Part shown: positions 21,393 through 31,651 of the stretch, piece after piece
Position numbering within the stretch: the first letter of the stretch is position 1
Layout of the letters: each line of letters starts with the position of its first letter
Assembly: GCF_046596595.1 (NCBI RefSeq)
Contig: NZ_JBKJMB010000087.1
Span: 31,591 to 95,590, forward strand
From: Sphingorhabdus sp.
GTDB taxonomy: Bacteria; Pseudomonadota; Alphaproteobacteria; Sphingomonadales; Sphingomonadaceae
Length of the DNA stretch: 64,000 bases
Direction: 5' to 3'
Position numbers and translations under genes: made by a program
The notes under the pieces: generated by a model
Databases searched by the model: none
What the model saw: only the letters and a program-made list of their open reading frames with translations
Told to the model about the DNA's origin: nothing

Positions 21393-23903
21393 ATGACGCT
21401 CCCCCTCGCCGCCATATGGCGCATATCGCGCCGCGATTTGTCCGCGCGTATTCGCGGGCTCCGATTGCTTGCGATTTGCCTGTTTCTTGGCGTTGCAACT
21501 TTGGCGGCCATCGGCAGCCTGACCGCCGGGATTGCAGACGAGCTATCTCGACGTGGCCAGACAATCCTTGGCGGGGACGTGGAAATTGGCATTGCGCAAC
21601 GTGCGGCATCAAACGCCGAAATGGTCGCACTGCGCAAAGCAGGCATCGTTTCGGAAACGATCCGCTTGCGTGCAATGGCGATTGGCGCTGAACCCGACAG
21701 CGACAGCCTGCTCGCCGAGCTAAAAGCCATTGACGGCATCTACCCCCATTATGGTGCGCTAACCTTGCGCAACGGCGGCAGTGTCAAGGCGCCCGCGAAA
21801 GGCGAAATCTACATCGGACGAACCTTGTCGGAACGGCTCGATATTGAAAACGGTGGCACCGTTCGCTTTGGCGAGGCCCGATTCAAGGTTGCTGGCATCA
21901 TTGACCAGGAGCCCGACCGCCTAGGCGAAGGTTTTACACTTGGCCCAGTGGCGATCATAAACATGGCTTCATTGCCCGACACTGGCCTTATTCAGCCGGG
22001 CAGCATGTATGAGGCAAAATACCGCATCAAACTGGGCCCAACCCAAGACGCCGCCGCCGTCGCAAAAGCGCTTGAGGCGCAGTTTCCGTCCGCTGGTTGG
22101 GACATCACCGACCGGTCAAATGGCGCGCCGGGAACGCGGCGTTTCATCGAACGTATGGGACAGTTCCTGACACTCGTCGGCCTAGCCTCCTTGGTCATTG
22201 CCGGCATCGGCGTCGGTAATGGCGTCAGCAGCTACCTCGCCAGCAAGCGCGCAAGCATTGCCACGTTGAAAGTGACAGGCGCCGACAGCGGAACGATTTT
22301 CCGGATCTACATGCTTCAAATCCTGACCGTTGCCACAGGCGCGATCATCGCCGGACTCGCGGTAGGCAGCGTCATGCCGACGGTTATTGGCTGGGTTGCT
22401 GGTGACATCCTTCCTGTCGCGCCGGGCTTCAATCTGCACCCGTTGCCACTGCTCGTCAGTGCGATTTATGGGCTGCTGATCGCCGTCGCGTTTGCGCTGC
22501 CCCCGTTGGCACGTGCGCGCACCGTCCCCGCCGCCGGACTGTTTCGCGCAATCGTCGAGGGCAATGCGCGGATCGACCGGCGCAGCACGGCGTGGGTGTT
22601 GTCTGCAATCCTTGCGATCATCGCCCTAGCTGTGCTCACCGCACGCGAGCCACTGTTTTCGCTGGCGTTTATCGGTGCGGCATTTGGCCTTTTGCTGTTG
22701 CTGACGGGAATTGCGTGGCTGCTGCGCGCCATTGCACTTCGGATTCCACGGCCAAAGGCCCCACTGCCTCGGCTTGCACTTGCAAACCTGCACCGGCCGG
22801 GCGCGCAGACCCAGGCGTTGGTGGTGGCGCTTGGATTAGGCCTTACCTTATTCGTGACGCTCGCCGCCATTCAGACCAGCATCAATAACGAAATCAAGAA
22901 CAGCGTGCCCGACCGGGCCCCAAGCTTCTTTGCTCTCGACATTCCGCGCGACGGGGCGGCTCAGTTCACGCAAATGGTCCGCGATGCCGATCCCAAGGCG
23001 ACCATAAACATGATCCCCGCCTTGCGCGGTACTATCATCGAATACGGCGGACAGCGCGTTGACCAGCTTGAAGAACTGCCCGAGGGCGCATGGGTGCTCA
23101 ACGGAGACCGCGGGCTCACCTACAGCAAGGAACTTCCCAAAGGCAGCGAGATTGTCGCTGGCAAATGGTGGCCGGCCAATTACACAGGCCCTGCCCTCGT
23201 CAGCCTGGAAGCCGAGGTTGCCAAAACCCTTGGCCTCAATGTCGGCGATACCCTGACGGTTAGCCTCCTTGGTGTCGAGGTCCCTGCCAAAATAGCATCA
23301 TTGCGCACGGTCAAATGGGATAATTTCGGCCTCAATTACGTCATGGTATTTTCGCCCGGCAGCCTCGACGCCGCGCCGCACAATATGGTGGCCACGCTGA
23401 CGGTGTCCAAGCCAGCAGAGCGCATATTGGCAAAATCAATCCCCCCGACATTTCCGTCATCCTCGCTCATCGAAGTTGGCGAGGTGACTTCGCAAATTAC
23501 CGTTTTGCTGACCCAAATGGCGCAGGCCATCGCGGCGGCTGCGTCCATTGCGATATTGGCAGGCATCGCGGTGCTTGTCGGTGCCATAGCCGCAGCCCGC
23601 CAGTCGCGCGTCTATGACAGCGTGATCATGAAGATGCTGGGCAGCACAAGGGGGCAGATTTTGGGCGCGCAGGCCATGGAATATGGCATATTGGCCATCG
23701 TGCTTGGTTTGGTTTCGTTGCTGCTTGGCATGTCCGCGGCTTATTATGTGGTCGTCCAGATTTTCGACTTCAGCTTCGTGCCGGATTATGAAGTGTTAGC
23801 ACTCACGTTGGTCGGCGGCGCTGGACTGACTTTTGTGCTTGGCATCGTTGGATCACTCCCGATTTTGGCCGCACGGCCTTCTGAGGCGCTGCGATCGCTA
23901 TAA
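21393..23903 (+). CDS. ybbP: ABC transporter permease (YbbP/FtsX-like)
   Basis: Start reassigned to ATG 21393. Two FtsX-like halves (IATLKVTGA; IMKMLGSTRGQI) and an APSFFALDI motif. Confidence 0.88.
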   Translation: MTLPLAAIWRISRRDLSARIRGLRLLAICLFLGVATLAAIGSLTAGIADELSRRGQTILGGDVEIGIAQRAASNAEMVALRKAGIVSETIRLRAMAIGAEPDSDSLLAELKAIDGIYPHYGALTLRNGGSVKAPAKGEIYIGRTLSERLDIENGGTVRFGEARFKVAGIIDQEPDRLGEGFTLGPVAIINMASLPDTGLIQPGSMYEAKYRIKLGPTQDAAAVAKALEAQFPSAGWDITDRSNGAPGTRRFIERMGQFLTLVGLASLVIAGIGVGNGVSSYLASKRASIATLKVTGADSGTIFRIYMLQILTVATGAIIAGLAVGSVMPTVIGWVAGDILPVAPGFNLHPLPLLVSAIYGLLIAVAFALPPLARARTVPAAGLFRAIVEGNARIDRRSTAWVLSAILAIIALAVLTAREPLFSLAFIGAAFGLLLLLTGIAWLLRAIALRIPRPKAPLPRLALANLHRPGAQTQALVVALGLGLTLFVTLAAIQTSINNEIKNSVPDRAPSFFALDIPRDGAAQFTQMVRDADPKATINMIPALRGTIIEYGGQRVDQLEELPEGAWVLNGDRGLTYSKELPKGSEIVAGKWWPANYTGPALVSLEAEVAKTLGLNVGDTLTVSLLGVEVPAKIASLRTVKWDNFGLNYVMVFSPGSLDAAPHNMVATLTVSKPAERILAKSIPPTFPSSSLIEVGEVTSQITVLLTQMAQAIAAAASIAILAGIAVLVGAIAAARQSRVYDSVIMKMLGSTRGQILGAQAMEYGILAIVLGLVSLLLGMSAAYYVVVQIFDFSFVPDYEVLALTLVGGAGLTFVLGIVGSLPILAARPSEALRSL

Positions 23904-23911
23904 ACCCAATT

Positions 23912-24002
23912 GTCATTGCCGCGAACGCGGGAATTCATGGTCTCACCCTTCGGCAAAGACTGAAAAATGAAACCAAGGATCCCCGATCAAGTAGGGGATG
24001 AC
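23912..24002. repeat. CGTC-type REP-like pair
   Basis: gtcattgccgcgaacgcgggaattca and ggatccccgatcaagtaggggatgac; the right arm overlaps the 3' end of the symporter. Confidence 0.7.
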
Positions 24003-24973
24003 AGATTATTGTGCTGGGAGGTCTCGCTCGCCAAATGCGTCGCCAGCGGAGCAGACAATATCAGCTGCGCCATATGATAGGCCAGCGTCGGTAACAGCAC
24101 CATTCCTGCAATCGCTGGCGGGAATATCGTTGCGGCGAGCGGCGCACCGATGGCGATGCTTTTCTGCCCGCCGGAAAACAGCATCGTAATCCTGTCGCCT
24201 CGTGGCAGTTTCATCATGCCGCCAAGCACCCACGCGCCACCGAAGCCGACGAGCAACATGACGGATAAGGCAAGCGCAAGCCAAGCAAGTTCATCGCCAC
24301 GCACGATGCTCCAGATGCCCGCGACGACTGCGCCTGAAAACGCAACATAAACGGCAATGGCAATTGAAATGCGGTCCATCCATGTCGCAAGGTCCTTGTG
24401 GCTGTCGACCCATGGTTTGAACCAGCGCTGCATGATCTGACCCAGAACAAAGGGCAAAAGCAGGATGAGCGCAATCCGGCCTACGGCTTGGCCGTTGATG
24501 TTAGCTTCCCCGACATGCGCCAACAATGCAAAAAGCAAAGGGGAAAGCACTACACCGATCAGGTTGACCAACGCCGCTGCAACGACCGATGCCGCCACAT
24601 TGCCCTTGGCAAGCGCAGTGTACGCCGCCGCCGACTGCACTGTGGAGGGCAGGATGCCGGTAAAAAGCAATCCAAGCGCAAGCGTTGCCGGCAGGATGTT
24701 GTCGAAAATATGCGACAGTATGAGTCCAACTGCGGACATCACCCCAAATACAAACAGAAAAATCGCCCCCTGAAGCCGCCAGTTGCGAACTCCATTTATG
24801 ACCTCATGCCGTGGCAACCGCACACCGTTGAGGAAGAACAACAGGAAAATCGCGCCTGAGGAAATCATCTGGGCAACTTCAGCCCCGCTTCCCCGAACCG
24901 GCAGGAAGCTCGCCAACAAAATCGTTGCGAGCAGCAGAAGGACGAACCGGTCAGCGAAGATACGAGCGAACAT
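23987..24973 (-). CDS. Bile acid:sodium symporter family protein (YfeH/SBF-like)
   Basis: Start reassigned to MFARIFADRF. ILPSTVQSAAAYTALAKGNVAASV and GQKSIAIGAPLA motifs. Confidence 0.85.
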   Translation of the reverse strand: MFARIFADRFVLLLLATILLASFLPVRGSGAEVAQMISSGAIFLLFFLNGVRLPRHEVINGVRNWRLQGAIFLFVFGVMSAVGLILSHIFDNILPATLALGLLFTGILPSTVQSAAAYTALAKGNVAASVVAAALVNLIGVVLSPLLFALLAHVGEANINGQAVGRIALILLLPFVLGQIMQRWFKPWVDSHKDLATWMDRISIAIAVYVAFSGAVVAGIWSIVRGDELAWLALALSVMLLVGFGGAWVLGGMMKLPRGDRITMLFSGGQKSIAIGAPLAATIFPPAIAGMVLLPTLAYHMAQLILSAPLATHLASETSQHNNLSSPT

Positions 24974-25108
24974 CACCGCGCTTTGACCGTTGCAATCACC
25001 TAATGCAACACCAGCGATGTTGCGCCGCAGCACATATTGGGTTAAAGGCGCGCGAGAATCTGGTGGCATGTGGCTGCTATGAAGACCTTCCAAAAGGCCC
25101 ATTTCCAA

Positions 25109-26944
25109 ATGTCATTGCGTAACATCGCCATCATCGCGCACGTCGATCACGGCAAAACCACCCTTGTTGACCAACTTTTTCGTCAGTCGGGCACATTCCG
25201 CGACAATCAGCGCATCGAAGAGCGCGCGATGGATTCGAACGACCTCGAAAAAGAACGCGGGATTACCATCCTTGCGAAGTGCACATCGGTTGAATGGGAC
25301 GATCACAAGGGCGAAAAAACGCGCATCAACATCGTTGATACGCCAGGACACGCCGATTTCGGCGGCGAAGTGGAGCGCATCCTGTCGATGGTCGACGGCG
25401 TTATTCTTCTTGTCGATTCTTCGGAAGGTGCCATGCCACAAACGAAGTTTGTGACTGGTAAGGCGCTTGCTTTGGGCTTGCGCCCAATCGTTGTCGTCAA
25501 CAAGGTTGACCGGCCTGATGAACGCATTCAGGAAGTGTTGGACGAAGTGTTCGACCTGTTCGTATCGCTTGATGCAACGGATGAGCAGCTTGATTTCCCT
25601 GTGCTTTATGCATCTGGCCGCAACGGCTATGCGTCGATTGATCCGAGCGCACGCGAAGGTACGCTGACCCCGATGTTCGAAACCATCGTCAGCCATGTGC
25701 GCGAGCCAAAAGCTGACGTCGACGGCGAATTCAAAATGCTTGTAACGCTGCTCGACCGCGACAACTTCCTTGGTCGAATTCTAACCGGACTTGTTTTGTC
25801 AGGCACCGTAAAGGTGAACCAGCAGATCCACGCGCTGAACCCTGACGGCAAGATCGTCGAAACTGGCCGCGCTTCAAAAATCATGTCCTTCCGTGGGCTT
25901 GAGCGCGTTCCTGTGGACGAGGCAAAGGCTGGCGATATTATTTCCATTGCCGGTATGACGACCGCGACTGTTGCTGACACGATTGCCGAGCCAACGGTTA
26001 CCGAACCGCTTCAGGCGCAACCCATCGATCCGCCAACCCTGTCCATGCGCTTTTCCGTCAACGACAGCCCAATGGCTGGCCGCGAAGGCACTAAGGTCAC
26101 AAGCCGCATGATTCGGGACCGCTTGATGCGTGAAGCCGAAAGCAATGTCGCGGTGCGCATTACCGAAGCTGCCGACAAGGACAGCTTTGAAGTGGCTGGA
26201 CGCGGTGAGCTTCAATTGGGTGTTCTGATCGAAACAATGCGCCGTGAGGGTTTTGAACTCGGCATCAGCCGCCCACGGGTGCTGTTCCGCGAAGACGATA
26301 ATGGCAAACCAACCGAGCCCTATGAAACCGTCGTTATCGACGTTGATGACGAATATGCAGGAACTGTGGTCGAAAAGATGGCTGTCCGTAAGGGCGACAT
26401 GACCGACATGCGGCCCTCGGGTGGCGGCAAGACCCGCATCACCTTCAGCGCCCCTTCACGCGGCCTGATCGGGTACCACGGCGAATTCCTGTCCGACACG
26501 CGCGGCACGGGTATCATGAACCGGTTGTTCGAAAAATATGGTCCGCACCGCGGCACAATCGAAGGCCGCAAAAATGGCGTTCTGATTTCCAATGGCGCTG
26601 GCGAGGCGGTTGCCTATGCGCTTGGACCATTGGAAGAACGTGGCATCCTGATGGTCTCTCCGGGCGAAGCCTTGTACGAAGGCATGATCATTGGTGAAAA
26701 TGCCAAGCCTGACGACCTCGAAGTCAATCCGATGAAGTCAAAGCAGCTGACGAACTTCCGTTCGACCGGCAAGGACGATGCCATCCGCCTGACGCCGCCA
26801 AAGCGCCTGACGCTTGAGCAAGCCATTGCGTACATCGACGACGATGAAATGGTTGAGGTCACGCCAAAAAATATCCGCTTGCGCAAGCGATTGCTCGACC
26901 CGAACGAACGGAAAAAAGCGTCACGCGCCAAGCAGGCCGCATAA
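25109..26944 (+). CDS. typA: Translational GTPase TypA/BipA
   Basis: [41 protein letters not shown] and [18 protein letters not shown]. Confidence 0.97.
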   Translation: MSLRNIAIIAHVDHGKTTLVDQLFRQSGTFRDNQRIEERAMDSNDLEKERGITILAKCTSVEWDDHKGEKTRINIVDTPGHADFGGEVERILSMVDGVILLVDSSEGAMPQTKFVTGKALALGLRPIVVVNKVDRPDERIQEVLDEVFDLFVSLDATDEQLDFPVLYASGRNGYASIDPSAREGTLTPMFETIVSHVREPKADVDGEFKMLVTLLDRDNFLGRILTGLVLSGTVKVNQQIHALNPDGKIVETGRASKIMSFRGLERVPVDEAKAGDIISIAGMTTATVADTIAEPTVTEPLQAQPIDPPTLSMRFSVNDSPMAGREGTKVTSRMIRDRLMREAESNVAVRITEAADKDSFEVAGRGELQLGVLIETMRREGFELGISRPRVLFREDDNGKPTEPYETVVIDVDDEYAGTVVEKMAVRKGDMTDMRPSGGGKTRITFSAPSRGLIGYHGEFLSDTRGTGIMNRLFEKYGPHRGTIEGRKNGVLISNGAGEAVAYALGPLEERGILMVSPGEALYEGMIIGENAKPDDLEVNPMKSKQLTNFRSTGKDDAIRLTPPKRLTLEQAIAYIDDDEMVEVTPKNIRLRKRLLDPNERKKASRAKQAA

Positions 26945-26947
26945 AGC

Positions 26948-26980
26948 AAAAAGGGCGCCGTTTCCGGCGCCCTTTTTTTT
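26948..26980. terminator. Bidirectional rho-independent terminator
   Basis: aaaaagggcgccg-tttc-cggcgccctttttttt between convergent genes. Confidence 0.85.
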
Positions 26981-27000
26981 AGGGTGCGACCCGGGTCAAA

Positions 27001-27834
27001 TTAGAATCGGAATGCCGCCGTCAGACGGATATTGTGCATGTCGAAATCGCTGTCGCCGCGACGCATGTCCGTGCCCTGCGGGTTGACGAGCAAGAACGGG
27101 TTGGTTGCAGCTGCGGTTCCACGGCCCACCGACACGACATAATCGTCATCGACGAAGTTGGTGTAGAGATATTCGAGCCCAAGCGAGAAATTGCGTGCAA
27201 CTTTCACCTCGGTGCCGCCGCCATAAGAATAGCCCCAGCTTTTCGAATTGCCATTATCGGTGAAGCTGTTTGCGCCATTGGTGGTCGAAAAGCTGTTCTT
27301 GATTTTGGCATATGCCGCACCGCCGGTTGCATAGAACAAGGCACCACGCGCAGCATAACCTACGCGTGCACGTGCTTGCCCTGCATAATCGATTTCGCGG
27401 GTAAAGGTGTATGCCGCAGGCGTTGAACTGAAAGCGGTTACGCTATCACGCGATTCATTCTTGCCGCCTTCGAGTACGAAACCGTAAACGATGTTGCCTG
27501 TCTGCACGTCATATCCGGCGCGGATGTTGTAATCATAGCCGTCTTTGTCACCACGGCAGCCACCAGCAGCCGAATTGCCCGTCGCGCGGCCACCACAGAA
27601 ACCAGGTGAAAACGCATTTGCGCCAGCCAGTGTGTTTACATTATTGTCGAACGCGCCATCGAGGTTCGTATCGAACTGGACATTTTCGTTGCGATCGTTG
27701 CTTTGAGCGCCAAGACCGAACGAGCCGCCGATATACGCGCCTTCCCATTCTTCGTCTGCTGACTGGGCGTAAGCTGGGGTCGCAAACGACGCAAATGATG
27801 CGGCGCTAATCAATAAAATGCGGGAGATTTTCAT
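27001..27834 (-). CDS. Outer-membrane beta-barrel protein (Omp25/RopB-like)
   Basis: Signal peptide, WEGAYIGG, RARVGYA, YATGGAAY and GLEYLY motifs; C-terminal Phe. Confidence 0.82.
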   Translation of the reverse strand: MKISRILLISAASFASFATPAYAQSADEEWEGAYIGGSFGLGAQSNDRNENVQFDTNLDGAFDNNVNTLAGANAFSPGFCGGRATGNSAAGGCRGDKDGYDYNIRAGYDVQTGNIVYGFVLEGGKNESRDSVTAFSSTPAAYTFTREIDYAGQARARVGYAARGALFYATGGAAYAKIKNSFSTTNGANSFTDNGNSKSWGYSYGGGTEVKVARNFSLGLEYLYTNFVDDDYVVSVGRGTAAATNPFLLVNPQGTDMRRGDSDFDMHNIRLTAAFRF

Positions 27835-27962
27835 AGGTGTTGTCCTTTTCAGTTGTTGTCACCAACCGAAAAACGCCACAAACCCTATTTAGATGCATTA
27901 AACGACATTTAAAATGTAACTGCGTCGTTCTTGCCACATTGAAGATGGCACCAGAGGCTGCA

Positions 27963-29174
27963 TTATATGGCTTCCCCCGCCGCAACGCCGCTGGCCCAAG
28001 CCCACTGAAAATTGTAGCCACCAAGCCAGCCTGTAACGTCCACCGCCTCGCCCACATAGAACAGCCGGGGCGTCTTCTTTGCTTCCATCGTCTTTTGCGA
28101 CAGGCCATCGGTGCTGATCCCGCCAAGCGTCACCTCCGCCTTGGCGTAGCCTTCACTGCCGTTGGGCATAAACGGCCAGCTATCGAGCAACGCGCCGGCT
28201 TCGGCCAATTTCCGGTCGCTCTGGTCTGCTAGATTGCCGCTCAGCGCAAGCTTGGTCGAAAGTGCCTCCGCCAGCCGGGCGGGCAGCACCCGGTCCAGCG
28301 TTGATCGCAGCGTCGCACGGGGCCGTGTGCGTTTCTCGGACATTAACAGTTGAGTGGCATCCTGCGATGGCAAAAAATCAATCTCCACCTGGTCGCCCGG
28401 CCTCCAATAACTGCTGATCTGAAGCACAGCAGGGCCGCTCAGTCCCCGGTGGGTGAACAATGCAGCTTCGCGGAAGGTCGCCTTTCCATGTTTGGCGACC
28501 ACTTCGGCAGAAACGCCGGACAATTCGCGGAACAGGACATCATCACCGCCGAGCGTCAGCGGCACCAATGCCGGGCGCGGTTCGACCACCTTTAGTCCGA
28601 ACTGCCGCGCAAGGTCATAGGCAAAGGCAGTTGCACCCATTTTGGGAATGCTTGGACCCCCGGTTGCAACCACCAGCGCACCGCCACGCGCGTGCACGCC
28701 ATTATACGTTACATGATAGTCGATGCCATCATGCGATACCTCCCTTACTGGCGCATCGAACACAAAGTCTACGCGCCCGCCAAATGTCGCAGACTTCTCG
28801 CACTCCGCCATCAACATGGCCACAATCTGTCGCGCAGACCCGTCGCAGAACAATTGCCCGAGTGTCTTTTCATGAAAGGCGATGTCATGCGCGGTTACCA
28901 AAGCGATAAAATCCTGCGGCGTGTACCGTCCGAGCGCCGACTTTGAAAAATGCGGATTGGCCGACAAATAACGTTCCTGCGCATGCGTCGTCGTCGCATT
29001 AACGTTTGTAAAATTGCACCGTCCACCGCCTGAAATCAGGATTTTCTTACCCGGTCCGGTCGCGTGGTCGATGACCAGAACACGCTTGCCACGCTGTCCA
29101 GCGGTCAGGGCACACATTAGCCCAGCGCCGCCAGCGCCAAGGATTATAACGTCATAGGTGTTTGCGTCTGCCAT
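27963..29174 (-). CDS. BaiN/HI0933-family flavoprotein oxidoreductase
   Basis: GAGGAGL, GKKILISGGGRCNFTN, AEVTLGGI and GEAVDVTGWLGGYNFQWAWASG. Confidence 0.92.
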   Translation of the reverse strand: MADANTYDVIILGAGGAGLMCALTAGQRGKRVLVIDHATGPGKKILISGGGRCNFTNVNATTTHAQERYLSANPHFSKSALGRYTPQDFIALVTAHDIAFHEKTLGQLFCDGSARQIVAMLMAECEKSATFGGRVDFVFDAPVREVSHDGIDYHVTYNGVHARGGALVVATGGPSIPKMGATAFAYDLARQFGLKVVEPRPALVPLTLGGDDVLFRELSGVSAEVVAKHGKATFREAALFTHRGLSGPAVLQISSYWRPGDQVEIDFLPSQDATQLLMSEKRTRPRATLRSTLDRVLPARLAEALSTKLALSGNLADQSDRKLAEAGALLDSWPFMPNGSEGYAKAEVTLGGISTDGLSQKTMEAKKTPRLFYVGEAVDVTGWLGGYNFQWAWASGVAAGEAI

Positions 29175-29239
29175 TTTGCACCCCCTGCACTGCCCACACC
29201 ATATTGCCAAGTGCTATGCTTTGCGGCAAAGCGCCCGAC

Positions 29240-29530
29240 ATGACACAAGAGAGCAATATCGCGGGCACAGACACCCCGCCCGATCACCTGTCCATCAATC
29301 CGATGAGCCCACATTTCGACGGCGACCTGCTATCGCGCGGTATTGGCATCCGGTTTAAAGGCGAAATTCGCACCACCGTTGAGGAATATTGCATTTCCGA
29401 AGGCTGGATCAAGGTTCAGGCTGGCAAGGCCCGCGACCGCAAGGGCAACCCGTTGTTGATCAAGCTGAGCGGCCCTGTTGAGGCTTGGTTTGAAGATCTC
29501 GGCGAAGACGCTCAGGTAGCCAAGCTGTAA
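29240..29530 (+). CDS. DUF3297-family protein
   Basis: PPDHLSINPMSPHFD, GIGIRFKG and VEEYCISEGWIKV. Confidence 0.8.
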   Translation: MTQESNIAGTDTPPDHLSINPMSPHFDGDLLSRGIGIRFKGEIRTTVEEYCISEGWIKVQAGKARDRKGNPLLIKLSGPVEAWFEDLGEDAQVAKL

Positions 29531-29545
29531 TTTTTACTCAGACAT

Positions 29546-30685
29546 TCATTGCTTGGGAAAAATCGATATCAATTTTGCCAGCTGGTCATTGACTGGATCC
29601 AACCGGTCATCTTGGGTATTACCAAGCCGCACGATGGTCAGCCGGTGTTGCGGCGAAACGACGACAAACTGCCCCAAATGTCCCAGCGCCGCAAATACGT
29701 TTGACGGTGCCTTGCCAGGAAACAGCACCTGATCGCGGCCATCGTCGCGCTTATGGTTTAACCAAAGATGCGCGCCGTAGCTTTTGTCTGTTTTGCTTTG
29801 CGCCTTCATAAAGCGCATCCAGCTTGTCGGCATCATTTGTGCAGCGCGAACCGAGCCATTATTGCGTAAAAATTCACCGAACTTTGCCCAGTCGCGCGCG
29901 GTGGCGTGGATCAAGCTCCCCCCAAGCATCGTTCCGTGCCGGTCGAATTCAGGCGTTGCGCTCGTCATGCCCAGCGGTTCGAACAGGCGACCGCGTGCAT
30001 ATTCCAACATGGCGTCCCGGCGCTCGGCGGGATCTTTGCTGTTCGTGAGAGAGCGAGTCATGATGTCGACGAGGATATGGCTGGTCGCAGTGCTATATTC
30101 GAATTTTTTCCCCGGGATTGCCTCCAAAGGCCTGGTTTCGGCATAACGGGCCACATTTTCCCGTCCATCAAGGAAGAGCATGCGCGGCGTATCCGCATCG
30201 AAAATCTCGACACTGCCTTCCGCCATTTCCGTGTGGTCAAGTCCCGATGACATGTGCAGCAGATGGCGAAGCGTGATTTTGGCGCGCCCGTCACGTGGTG
30301 TTTGCCATTCGGGAACGATCGCGGGTTCATCTAGTGCAAGCCGGCCGTCCGCGACCATCATACCGACCAATACCGCGGTTACGCTTTTGGCCATCGACCA
30401 GCTGATGAGCTTGCTATCGGGCCCATAACCTGGGGCGTAGCGCTCGGCAACCACTCGGCCGCCGCGCATAACAACCAAAGCGCGGGTTTCGGCCAATGCC
30501 GGATCTTCAAAAAACGGGGCAATCGCAGCTTCGATCTTTTCCTTGCTCACAGACGCGTCGTCGACGGTCATCGTAAAGCCAGGCCCCGCAGGTTTGGCGG
30601 GCGGCTCGGCGGCACATCCAGCAAGGGCAACGGCAGCCATTGCGCAGAAAGCGGTTGCGGCGGGACGGAATTTGTTTCTAGGCAT
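29546..30685 (-). CDS. Serine hydrolase, beta-lactamase class C-like lipoprotein
   Basis: SWSMAKS (SxxK), YST and LGHLGQ; lipobox LAGC; start reassigned to MPRNKFRP. Confidence 0.85.
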   Translation of the reverse strand: MPRNKFRPAATAFCAMAAVALAGCAAEPPAKPAGPGFTMTVDDASVSKEKIEAAIAPFFEDPALAETRALVVMRGGRVVAERYAPGYGPDSKLISWSMAKSVTAVLVGMMVADGRLALDEPAIVPEWQTPRDGRAKITLRHLLHMSSGLDHTEMAEGSVEIFDADTPRMLFLDGRENVARYAETRPLEAIPGKKFEYSTATSHILVDIMTRSLTNSKDPAERRDAMLEYARGRLFEPLGMTSATPEFDRHGTMLGGSLIHATARDWAKFGEFLRNNGSVRAAQMMPTSWMRFMKAQSKTDKSYGAHLWLNHKRDDGRDQVLFPGKAPSNVFAALGHLGQFVVVSPQHRLTIVRLGNTQDDRLDPVNDQLAKLISIFPKQ

Positions 30686-30716
30686 TGCAAGCTTCGATGC
30701 ACCAGATGGAGGGCCC

Positions 30717-31091
30717 ATGGCAACCGCAACTTCGACCGAAAGTACAAAAGGATCCCCCCGGAGTTTCAGGAAGCTCAAGATCGTTGCAGTGGTCGTGGTC
30801 ATGATCGCAGCCTTATGGTTGCTATGGAACTGGAACAGCATCAAAGGTCAGGCGCGTGTCGGTGCCGCTTATGGCGCGCATGTCATCTGTTCCTGCCGCT
30901 ATATCGAGGGTCGTGACATGGCATCATGTGAAACCGACAAGGAAGACGGCATGGAAATTGTGCGGCTGCGTGATGATCCTGAAAATAACCGCGTCTATGC
31001 GTCTGTGCCTTTTATGGCCGAAGCTGTTGCCGAACGGCGCGGTGCATTTGGATGCATTCAATTGAACGAAGCGGAAATCGAGGCGCTATAG
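30717..31091 (+). CDS. Membrane-anchored Cys-containing protein resembling the N-terminal accessory domain of serine hydrolases
   Basis: One TM helix, then AYGAHVICSCRYIEGR...C...AERRGAFGC. Confidence 0.65.
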   Translation: MATATSTESTKGSPRSFRKLKIVAVVVVMIAALWLLWNWNSIKGQARVGAAYGAHVICSCRYIEGRDMASCETDKEDGMEIVRLRDDPENNRVYASVPFMAEAVAERRGAFGCIQLNEAEIEAL

Positions 31092-31092
31092 G

Positions 31093-31620
31093 CTAACGCT
31101 TCGCAGGGACGAGCATGATTGCCGCGCACAACAACTCGATTCCGCCGCCCGTTAAAGCAACAAATGCAGGCGTGATGCCCAGCCAGATTGCAAAGGCTGC
31201 AACAGCAATCAGGATCACGCCAAGCACCAGATACAAGCGCATGCCATAAATCGTCTGGAATACAAGATAGCGTGCCCCGACCGTGAGCAGCACAATCGGG
31301 AAAAACCAGTCCTGATGCGTGTCGCTAACGAGATATGCGATAACCAGCCCGATTATGAGAAATGCCGTGGATTGCAGCGCAAGCATCTCCAACGGATTTG
31401 GCGAGCGCGGCTTGCCGCGCTGGTATACGCGCCTTGCGATCAGCACCGACAGGGGATGAATCGCCATCCCGCCGAAAAACAACGTCGCCATGCCAGCAAA
31501 TATGTCGACATTTAGCGTCACCAGGCCGGCTATGGCCCAAACCAGGCCGGAAACGAATATCCCTGCGCCGCCGTTGACATGGGCCCTGCGCATGTCTCGC
31601 TGTGCTTCACCCAGATGCAT
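31093..31620 (-). CDS. Membrane protein (DUF7010-like)
   Basis: GGAGIFVSGLVWAIAG, FFGGMAIHPLS and FFPIVLLTVGARYLVF. Confidence 0.6.
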   Translation of the reverse strand: MHLGEAQRDMRRAHVNGGAGIFVSGLVWAIAGLVTLNVDIFAGMATLFFGGMAIHPLSVLIARRVYQRGKPRSPNPLEMLALQSTAFLIIGLVIAYLVSDTHQDWFFPIVLLTVGARYLVFQTIYGMRLYLVLGVILIAVAAFAIWLGITPAFVALTGGGIELLCAAIMLVPAKR

Positions 31621-31651
31621 TCCGAAATCCCCCCTTAATCAGTGTACGCAT

